Shown one piece after another: positions 11,110 to 21,556 of a stretch of 64,000 bases of DNA. The translations under genes and the position numbers were made by a program. Origin of the DNA: Zygnema circumcarinatum SAG 698-1b (lineage: Eukaryota; Plantae; Zygnematophyceae); the NCBI GenBank assembly GCA_037447605.1, contig CM074813.1, forward strand, positions 2,480,001 through 2,544,000, given 5' to 3'. The notes under the pieces were generated by a model. The model did not search any database and was not told the DNA's origin. It saw nothing but the letters and a program-made list of their open reading frames with translations. Within the stretch, counting starts at the first letter, position 1; the number at the start of each line of letters is the position of its first letter.

Positions 11110-13269
11110 ATGGCTGACGAGGCGGAAGCGGACGAAGCTCTGTCAGACTGTGCCGCGCTTTTTGATTGTTCCGCTTTGGCTGCAGCGCGCTTGTATGTCT
11201 ATCTGCAACCTCTCCCTGCTTGTATTGTGGTTTTTCTTGAGAATCTGTACGTCTCCTGAGCGACGATAAGTGGAATAAATTGGTACCGGATGGCTTGACT
11301 CTCGCACGCGCAGACCTTTGCGACCGTCCGATTATGCTACGGCAGAATACTGGGCGTCACGATATGTGGAGGAGAGGGACGTAATTTATGACTGGTGAGA
11401 GTTTTGCTTGCTGAATTCCACTTGAACTCTTTGCTCCATACTACTATGTGTCATTTCATGGAGTTATATGGAGAAGGAGTACGATGTTTTTGGAAGAGAA
11501 TCCGTTAAAGAATGTGTCCCTATGGACGACCTCTGGAAGTGTCCACTGCTGCGATGGAGGTACCACGTTTTTCTTCGTTTTCATCGACGCACCTTGTGTC
11601 CCATACTTCTTTGCAGTTGATATAAGCTGGAAAAAATTGCCTCAGCCGAGCTTTCACTATGGCAAGGGAAAACTGCGTTGAAAGTAATCATGAGGGGGAA
11701 GTCTTTGTCAAATGTCATGCTATGAGAAGTCTAAACAGAACTTATGCACGTATGCTTGTGAAAGAATTCGTGCTCGTAGTGAAGTGAGCGCTTACGCTAT
11801 GGCAGGCCATACGACTGTGGTCACGCGTTGACTTGACGATTTCCTTGTATTGAAGGTATGGTTTGAGTTATGCGACCTTCTGGGAGCGGCATTTGAGGCC
11901 ATTGTGCGCAGAGGAGCATCTGATTGTTCTTGAAATCGGGAGCGGCAACTCAGAATGGAGCAGTCGAATGGCTCGTTCAGGACTTTGTGTTGTTAGTACC
12001 GATATTGACCTTGGGGTGAGTGCTTTTCCAATTCAAGTGGGAAAATAAAAGTCATCAAAATGCCGTTCCCAAAAATGCAGTGGACATCTGAGATTTCAAA
12101 CTTCATCTCAGTTTAGGAAAACACAAGATGACCTTCGTTTTTTCAGCGCTGGTGTTATGATCTCATTATCTTGCGGTGATTGCCACTCCCTTACGCAGAC
12201 GTTGTGATGTGAATCGAGCAGGTCCTTCAAGGGATTGCAACGATGGATGAGGGCAATATGCTCATTGAGAGACTTGCCGTTGATGCGAGGAAACTTCCAT
12301 TTAGAAGTGAGCTTTTTGCCCTTTGTCCCAGTGGCTGTTATTGAGGTTTCTTTGCTCGGACAATGTTATCACTTCTTCTTTCTAGTTATTACTAGTTACT
12401 AGTAATCAGTGACTAATCGTAACTAGACACTACTCCAGTCATAACTAACTGTCATGGTCATGCACAAGGGGGGAAATGGGCGAGCCGGGGGAAATGGTGG
12501 GGAGTGGAAGGACCTGCTGGTGTTAAATTTGGAGAGCGGGAGAGTCAGATGATATGAGGGAGGAGAGGGGGGCAGAGGAAACTACCAATTTCTAATTTCC
12601 TTTTGTTTCACGTTTTCCATAGGATCTATTTTCGACATTATTGTAGACAAGGGGACACTTGATGCGCTTTATTGCGCAAACCCCTCGACTCCATCCCCTA
12701 GCTGTGAAATTGATAAGCTGGCCTGTGTTCATACTAGCAGCTTTGGTTCCGAGGCTTTAGATGGTAAGAGGACTGTAAGGCCTGCTGGCAATCCTGACGA
12801 GATGAATACAGGCAGACCGACTGCTTTCGCGAATGGCGATCGCGGCTCGGTACAATCAGTTCGATTTCCAATCGAGCAGGCTTCTATTGTTAAGGCGTTT
12901 TTTCAAGATCGATGCTCGGATGATAATCATAAGCGTGTAGAGGAAACCTTCGTATGGACGTTATGGCAAAGGGGAACGCCTGCTGGGCTTATTCGGCTTC
13001 CTACTCTTTCACCTTGTTGTGGAAGACGGATTTCGAACAATATCTTGATGGTGGTTGAGGCGGCAGTTGAAGTGATGGGACAAGGAGGGACTTGGGTGAT
13101 TGTCACTGCCAAGGAGCCCTATCATATTTTAGAGAACATGGTTGTGCATTCCCTAGACGCTCATGGTGACGAGGTGAATACTGAGAATATGGAGTGTGCC
13201 AAGTGGCTTTATGTACATACGTCTCCCAGAGAAAACGGAATACATGTGATCAAGCTTACGAAGTTGTGA
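11110..13269 (+). CDS. Class I SAM-dependent methyltransferase, EEF1AKMT4/METTL13-N-like, about 5 exons
   Basis: Spliced pieces DYATAEYWASRYVEERDVIYDW, motif I VLEIGSGNS, VVSTDID, DARKLPF, FDIIVDKGTLDAL, GGTWVIVT. ATG at 11110; TGA ends at 13269. Confidence 0.8.
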
Positions 13270-13863
13270 TGTGTAATAAAACACCCTTGGTAAAAAAAAA
13301 AAAAAATTGTGATAATCCCTAAATTGCCAAAAAATATTTATTTCGATGAGTTGAAGATGTTTCTATATAAAGCGTAGAAGGAAATGGAAATAGAAACATT
13401 TCACAATTAAAACATTTCATTGTATTTTGAAATAGTAAAGATTCTACAGTGGGTTGTGTTGTGTCAGGCTTTAGTGGCATTAAAATGACCCAGTGGGCAA
13501 TTTATGTTAGAAAGTAACACATTTCGAAGTTCAGTCCACTAGTGCCGAGTACTTCGTGCATAGACCTGAAATTCCAGGAAATTCATGACTTTTGTGGATT
13601 CCTATGCTAAGAAAGTTAGTGGCCACACCCAAACGCTAAAGTTTTAAGCAAAAGCATCCATGCGACCACAAAGCTCAGATATTTCTGGACCTTCAAGCTT
13701 AACAAGCAATAGGAAAGAGTAGCAACTCCTGGGCACAAACTGTGGAATCAACTCTGGCATTGCACACATACTTCCGAATCAGCTGCGCATGGCATTATTT
13801 GAAGAAGCAAAGCCAAGATGCTTAGTATTTACCACGGAACTGCAATATCATTGTGTTTAAAAA

Positions 13864-15345
13864 TTAGGGTAACTTCGGTTTAGATTGGACATCAACTGTA
13901 CCTTCCTCCTTTGAATGTGCATCTGCAAAGATAGCTTCGATGTATAACCATTGCCTACCTTCTCTTACAAAACGACTTTTTTCGTGCATCACAGTAATGT
14001 ACCTTTTATCGGCTTTCGTATGGCGGTATGATGCTTTGAATTCTACAAAGGTTTCCTGAAAAACCACACAGCATAACAGAAGTTGTTTAATATTTAACAC
14101 AACCAGTGTACTGAATAACCAAAAAAAACTTACAGCACCTGCCTCTGGACGAACAGGAAAGGGACTACGCCTTGGCTCAAGTGGATGAATTTCAAGGTAG
14201 AGACTCACTGTTTACCAAAGACGCAGGGCATGGCAACATCTATCACCTCTGGACTCCTACAAGCAATGATGCATAGGTTCGTTGGCAAGGAGGAGTCACA
14301 GTTGGAGTCCGCACATTTTTGTGGCTGCCATTCTCCACATCCTTAATTTCGAGCTTGAAGAAGTCACATGTCTCACTTACGAGAATCAACCCTTTGACCA
14401 TGGTCTCCTTCATCCCTGAAGGTTCCCACACCACATGTCGCATTACTCCTCCCTTTCAAGTTAAGCCAGTTAGCGTGGTGGACCATGTCTCCTGCTCGGT
14501 GGTGGGGAGATATGAAGAGAGGGAGTGTGCCACGTCACAGAGAAGGGCGAGAAAGAAAGAAATTCATCGAGTCATGCTTTATTAATTTCGTATGGCCGCG
14601 AAGATACTGCACAAGGATCTGAAAAAACACTCCATGAGATTTTGGAGGCCATGGGGTGCTCGACGTTACCCTCAGCAAACATTGGATGTTTGGGGTGAGT
14701 TGTTCGTAGAATGTATGAGGAGACGCCCCTTGCATGAGCAGAGTACCGAGCCTCTGCAGGAAAAATGCCGTCCTTCCATCTTACAACCACGGTTTTAACC
14801 TCGGAGGTCCGCTGTCTCATTCATGCGTTCGTCATGGCCTCACTCTAACATTGAAGATGTGGAAACCCGACTGTGGTGATTGAAATGCGGCCCGCCATTT
14901 CCAGCTCCAGTTACCTGATTGTGCTCAGCTTCACCCTAAGGACGCTGCATTCCCCGGAGGAACCCTACAAAAACTCACTCATAAGAGAGAGTGCATCTGG
15001 TTCCAGCGCGCCTCCATGGAAGCGGCCGCAGCAGTCCTTGTACCGCCCCCCTTCACAAGGACATTTGCTCGCACTGCTACTTTTGCCCTGCTGTCCCCCG
15101 AAGCCCCTTCCTGCCGCCATCGTTGCCACGTGCCTCCTCCATTGCTCCCACTGCACATCGCGGGAAGGGAAGTGCGGAAAGAACGACGAAGCATCGCTCT
15201 CTCGCGAGACATGCCGCCGGCTCCTCAAACACAACAGATTCCTCGTCGTCAATAAGCCGACTCCTACACCTGCTTTCTCCCAAAGCTCCAGTTGCGAATG
15301 CAAACTAACAGGTCCCCCGAGTGTCGAACAGACACTCCCCGCCAT
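13864..15345 (-). CDS. SEC-C motif / YchJ-like (UPF0225) protein with probable plastid transit peptide, 4 exons
   Basis: CPCEGGRYKDCCGRFH...EPDALSLM|(K/E)ARYSAHARG...YILRTTHP|...KLEIKDVENGSHKN|ETFVEFKASY...MHEKSRFVREGRQWLYIEA. Confidence 0.85.
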
Positions 15346-15788
15346 GGCTCAGCACACCCTTCACCTGCAACCTTTCCCCCCTACCTTCCTAAAGCTTTTC
15401 AACCTCTCAAATATTTAGGGTTAGGGGCTAGGGCACACCCCTCCCCTCTCCCTCCGTCCCTCCCTCCCCATCCGCACGTGCGACCGTACACCCCCGGGCG
15501 GCCTTAGATCTTTAGCGCCAGGCGATCCCCGCCTCGCGCAGGGCCTGCCACGTGGCGCGCGCCATCCTTTGCGCGGCCGTGATTGGCTCCGCGAGCGCGG
15601 GAGAGCGCCGCGATTGGCCGCCGGGGGAGGGATCGGTCGCTTTTTGTCATCCGATCCTTGACCGGGGAGGGAGGGAGGGAGGGAGGAAGAAAGGGACCGG
15701 GTGCAGAGGTGCTGTTTCGCCCCTGGCTGCTCTTGGGCATGCTCTGGATGTATGTCATATACAGAAATATATATATCTCATATGCAGA

Positions 15789-15855
15789 GGTGGAAGGTGG
15801 AAGGTGGAAGTTGGAAGGTGGAAGTTGGAAGGTGGAAGTTGGAAGGTGAAAGTTG
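15789..15855. repeat. 7-bp tandem repeat G(G/T)TGGAA x9
   Basis: ggtggaa x3, then alternating gttggaa/ggtggaa. Lies about 100 bp upstream of the sigma factor ATG. Confidence 0.9.
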
Positions 15856-15955
15856 CTCTGCAGGAGATTTAGGGTTGGGTGGTTTGCTACGGAGGAAGGG
15901 TTGAAACAGGGGGGGTATTTGTGCTTGTCTTTGTGTTGTTTGATAGGGAGTGGCG

Positions 15956-18900
15956 ATGGCGGCTGCTGCGCCTGCTGTGAGCACAAGGACTTGGAAGACT
16001 TTTTTAGGGAGTCGTCTGGAAAGGGCGGAGGGGAAGGGGAAGAGCAAGGGCAAGGGCGAGGGCAAGAACGTTGTGAAGGTGGTGGATTTGAAGCACAGAG
16101 GGGGAGGCGGGATTTGTCAGGGAAGCGGCGTTGCAGCGTCGCTGAGTTTGCAGGATGAGCATGTGCATGCGCGTGTGGGCAGAAGAGCAGTTCTTGAGCG
16201 GCCGCTGGCTCTGTTGGATGCAGCCCCCATTTCAAATAAGTCGTTTTCAGGGTTGCATTCTGACGCCAGTTTGGCGTCAACGTACAGCTTGTCTTCGGAT
16301 ACGCTGCGGATGGAATGTGAATGGGCTCTTGTGATCTCAGACCCCCTGCCAGCAATAGTTACAGATATGCTTAAAGATAGAACAGGGCAGCTCAAACCTG
16401 GGTTGGGCTGGAAGCCAGCTTTGCAAACTGGCAAAGTTGTTGTCAAGCAGGGCATATCTGCAAGACAACGAAGGATGCAAGCAAGGCGGGAACGAATTGC
16501 AAAGCGGGAAATACCCGAAGATCCAGAATTACTGTCAATCTCGTCTAGTAGCAGCCGAGAGCGGGTGCCGAGAAGATCGTCTGAGGGCTCGCACGATGCT
16601 GTCTCGGCCTATTTATCGCAGATAGGAAAAGTGAAACTTCTAACCAGGGAGGAGGAAGTTTTGCTGTCTCAGCGGCTGAGGTCCACGAGAAAGTTAACGA
16701 TTGTGAAGGAGCGGTAAGTCATCATGCATTGCCGGTCATTGCTACCTGCGAGCTATTCCTTTGCTCGATTTGTGCATCTGCACCCGTAATAAGAGCCTAA
16801 TAATAGTAGTAGTAATAGTAATCAGCCTTGTTGCATGCTGCGGTTGAACTTTTCAGGAGCTGGGTATTGTCTGATGACACGTGACTTTGAGCTCAAGGCT
16901 TGGAAGTTGGCATTTCAAAGAGCTGCCAACTGCAAACAGCTCCTCATGAACTTTCAGTCGCTTCTGTTTCACAGACTTCAAGAAGAATTGGGACGAGAGC
17001 CTAACAACGCTGAGTGGGCTAAATCGTTAGACATGGAAGTGACTGAGCTTTTGCGTCGATTGAGAGAAGGACGACAGGCGAAAGACAAGCTCGTTCTGGC
17101 CAATCTGCGGCTAGTGGTTTCTGTTGCCAAGCACTATTGCAAGAACGGAATGGAGCTAGCTGATCTTATTCAGGTCTGTGGTTGTCCTTTGCCCATCATT
17201 GTTTGGTCTCTGCCTTGACTAGAGAAAGGTCGTGCTTCACCCTCTGATGCTTTTTGCTGTTTAGATTTTGCTGATTTTTTTTTTTTTGTAATCTGGTCAA
17301 CCGGAGGAAGACTATTTGTTGTAGATTGGGTTTTCATTTGCAAGCCGGGTACTCTTTGCAGTAAAGCCTGATCTAAGTCTCGTCGAACTTGTCTGGGTTC
17401 AAATTTACACATGGCTGAGTGCATAGACCAACTGTATATTGGCAAGTGCGTAAAATTCAGTTTCAGTGAATTTGGCCGAAATTTCTTTTGGAGGGAATGG
17501 AACAGGCAGGAACTGTAGGTTTACAACGAGGTGTGGAGAAGTTTGATCCGTCGAGGGGCTATAAGATGTCAACTTATGCGCACTGGTGGATACGGCAGGT
17601 AAGGATCTGGCTTTCTCATTGAAGTTTTCTGTTGATGTATGTGCTGAACCGCTGGAAAAGTTGTTAGACTCTTGGAACATGAAGTTGTTCCATTGCACTG
17701 CAAATGATCGTTCAAGCAAGCCAGCAATCGCTATGCAGGGCCGGAAGCTAATGGTGTCGTTATACCTCGAGTTTATGCACAGCTTCTGTCGGAACCTGCT
17801 TAAATGGACTGTGTGATCCATGCCGATAGGTAGCTGCTATCGTAATTTATAAAATACAATTGCTGTGTAGTCTAGAATCGAACAAGATTGGCAAGTAGAC
17901 AGGTTTGAGAGTAAATGAGTGGAAAGGGAGCATGGGCTGCATGTAGGCGTGCTCGGCTACCTTGGATGTGCAAAGCTGGTGAATTAGGCTTCAAATGGAT
18001 CGCCATATGTAGTTTGTGGTATGCTTCATAATATCAATTTTGAAAATCTTTGTTGAACATTTATGCATGCACAGGCCATAAACCGTGCACTGGCGGTCCA
18101 TTCTCGCACTGTTCGAGTGCCAATGCATGCTCACGAAACATGGACGCGCATACGGACAGCAACAGCCTCATTGCTGATAGCTGGAGAAGAACCGTCTTTA
18201 AAGGTACATACGCGTCTCTTTGCTTCTAGGATAACTGACCTCACCATTTCTAGTATCTGGTGCAGCAATCCTGTATTCTTGAGGAATGACACTTCATTGC
18301 CTCCCTGAGGTGAAACTGTTTTTGTTGTACGAACCAATTTACTGCCTTTAACTGCAAATTCTTGCGCAGGCTTTCCTCACATTCCTTCTATATATGTTCA
18401 AATGCTTGTGAATACCCCTAATACGGAGCCTTTCTTTCCTTGCAGAAGCTGGTGGAAGTGTTGGGTCTTCCGGAGAAGAAGATAAAAAATGCGTTACGAG
18501 TAAGTAACTTGCCCAAATCTTAGTAAACATCACATGCTTTCCTTTAATGGTGCCATATTCTTTCACAAAGTTGTAGAACAAAGATCATCTACATTCAGTT
18601 TACTCATCGCCCCTGAATTACGAGCTGTTTGCCTCCTTTTTCACTATGATTCACGCTCTGATGCAGTGTGTTACACTTGACGTGGCTGTCTGGCAATGCA
18701 GGTACAGAAAATTATGAGGTCCTTCGAGGACAATATTCGAAATAGCAGATCGCCCGATGAGGATGGTACAAGTTTACATCATGTATGTGATGGAATCTGG
18801 AGTAAAGGATTTTGCTACGCATGGGCCATGTGTTTCTATGAGAATGTCTTTCCACAAAAAGGAGATGGTGTATTTTTTCCAAGTAGTGAGCCATAGGCAT

Positions 18901-20133
18901 ACAGCTTTGGTTGGCGAATAGATTATGTATATCTGATTCCTATAGATTCTATTTTCATGCTGTGGAGGTTCGTGTCGATTGTAGAACAGAAGATTGAGTC
19001 CTGGGCTGGCAAAAGGCGTCTTGCTAGGTGCTCATTGTGGACTCTGTCATTTCACCCTTTCTATATGCATACGTAATGTAATTTTTTTTTATGGTTGTGA
19101 AGCTTAGGATGTTCACACGCAAAGCTAGGATGAGTTCTATCATTTTGCATCATGCCTTCAGTTTCAGGATAGGAACGTCTTGTCATGAGTCTCCCCCGTT
19201 CAGTGTGGTCCCCTCCAACGTATCGACAGTGGATCTTTGTAAATGAAGAGACTCTTGGACTCCTGTTAAACAGTTGCAAGTGGTTCCCGGAGAGGCACTT
19301 GCGATTCGCACATTAACTTCTCGAATTTCTCCTTTAGGATCCATCTGAAAGGCAGGGAGTTCTGCCTCTCTTTCCAAACAGATCACAGAGTAAAGAAATG
19401 TCTCGGTCCTGATGTTTGTGTTTTCGTTGAGCTGTGCGTGACTGCAGTTTTACTTGCCTTGTGCAGTTCATAGGCGATTCCTCGCGTGAAGCTTCATCGT
19501 GGAGGATTGCAGATGCAGAGCACTTAAAGGTAATCAGCAAGTCAAGGATTAGGCAATGCATTAAACCTTTGTCCAAGTGCCTCCTTACATCAGGATAAAA
19601 GCCGGTAGGAAGTCACTGAGAACTTTGACTTAAGCTGGGGAAGTTGTGGGCGAACTTGTTTTACAGGGGGAGATGAGGAGGCTGATCCAAGACACTCTTG
19701 ATCCTCGTGAGCGGGAGATTGTGCGTTCACACTTCGGCATTGGAAGAACCGACGGCTTGTCCACGTCAATGGAGACCATCAGCCAGAAGTATGCTCACCC
19801 CTGTATTCATCTGTGAAGGGAATGCAATGTCAGATAGGGTTAAAACACAGAGGGTAGGATGAAGACAATCTTCTTGTTGCACTGCATTTTTTTCAACATT
19901 AGGTTTGGAAAACAAAGATGGGACGAAGGCTGTTTTCTTGTTGCCACAGTGGTGGGATGAAGGCAGTTCTCTTGTTGTACTGCGTTGTTCTCAACATGTG
20001 GATGGGGAGGGTTCCATGTGGCAGGCTCGGTGTGTCCAGAGAGCGTGCTCGGCAGTTGGAAGCTGTGGCTTTGAGGCGGTTGAGAAGGAAATGTCTGGAG
20101 AGTGAACTCAACAGATACTTGGTCGACGAATAG
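15956..20133 (+). CDS. Nuclear-encoded plastid RNA polymerase sigma-70 factor, SIG1-clade-like (possibly SIGX), about 9 exons
   Basis: Region 1.2 [17 protein letters not shown]; region 2 [14 protein letters not shown]|[31 protein letters not shown]; region 3 SRTVRVPMH; region 4 [14 protein letters not shown]...[18 protein letters not shown]. Confidence 0.92.
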
Positions 20134-20821
20134 GCAAAAGGCAGTGGTCCGATTGTTTATGTTTGAGTTGTGTGGCCTCGTCAGAACACGATAGGGGCTG
20201 TATGTGTGGCATTGTACATTTTGTAGATACCAAAACGATGTTCATGTCAAGAATTAGGTTTTGCAATCAACCTCTGATTGGTTGTGGCTGAAAACCAGCC
20301 GGTTAGTTTTAAGATGTTGTTTTTATAATTTGTATATGCGGGAGCAATGCAAAGTGTGTGCCTTTTCATGGCTTTCTTTGTGTTAATCTCATGCTCAAAT
20401 CCCTGAAGAGGTCGTTTTGCTTTGACAGCATTGAAAGTTTGTCATCCAAATGATGTCCTCATGACGAGTCATGATGGGAATGTCAAATTTTCAAACAAGA
20501 GGTTGTCGCGAGTGCAGCTTTCACGCATCTGCACCTACTCAGAAATGACGGCGAGAAATCAACCAATAATATGCCACTTGTCCTTCAACGCCACTTGCCA
20601 TTCAATAGTTCTGGAGAAGGGTTGGTCGCAGAGAGTCTGGCGTGCCCGAGGTGAAAGCTTAGGTCTTGATTTCACGGGTATATCCTCGAACTGTGTTATC
20701 ATGGATTTGGTAAAATGGATGCTATCCTTGGATGCATTTTCTCCTCACATCCTGCCAATCCGGTTGCCTAGAACCCGGATAGCTTACAAACTTTTCAAAT
20801 CATTCTGAATGATTGAACTGA

Positions 20822-21231
20822 GGCATGATGGCATGACCGGGCATTATGGCATGGCCGGGCACGATGGCATGATGGCATGGCCGGGCATGATGGCGTGGCC
20901 GGGCATGATGGCATGACCAAGCATGATGGCATGACCAAGCATGATGGCATGACCGGGCATGATGGCATGACCAAGCATGATGGCATGACCAAGCATGATG
21001 GCATGGCCGGGCATGATGGCATGACCAAGCATGATGGCATGGCCGGGCATGATGGCATGGCCGGGCATGATGGCATGGCCGGGCATGATGGCATGGCCGG
21101 GCATGATGGCATGGCCGGGCATGATGGCATGGCCGGGCATGATGGCATGGCCGGGCATGATGGCATGATGGCATGGCCGGGCATGATGGCATGGCCGGGC
21201 ATGATGGCATGATGGCATGACCGGACATGAT
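20822..21231. repeat. 18-bp minisatellite (21 full units plus four 8-bp GGCATGAT half-units)
   Basis: Units GGCATGGCCGGGCATGAT and GGCATGACCAAGCATGAT counted by hand. No unique spacers. Confidence 0.95.
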
Positions 21232-21556
21232 GGCAGTTACCGTACAGTGCGATGCGCCTGCAACGGTCATGCGGTCATGGCCCCATCCATCCATGCGAGC
21301 GCCATGCGGGATGCGGCCCATCCGGCCATCGCTCCTTTGTACCCGTTGGCTTACCTCGCTGAGGCCGCCTGCCTGTGCGCTATGGTGGAAGCAGCCCTAG
21401 CCATAGCCTTTGTGCTGGCCGTGGCGTAGTTCTAGAGCTCAGTCAAGAGGACGAAGCTGCTACCACTACATCGTTGAGGGTGCATTTGGAGGCGAGAGAT
21501 ATTTAGGGGGTTTTTAGGGTTTTTTTTCAGAATTGGAAGGGACAGGCCAGAAGAAG

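Noticed and set aside
20795-21321. Repetitive ORFs (MPSCPA, CHHARP, GHDGMA) or a CRISPR-like array
   Set aside because: All frames of an 18-bp minisatellite are open. Units are contiguous with no unique spacers, there are no cas genes and the context is eukaryotic.
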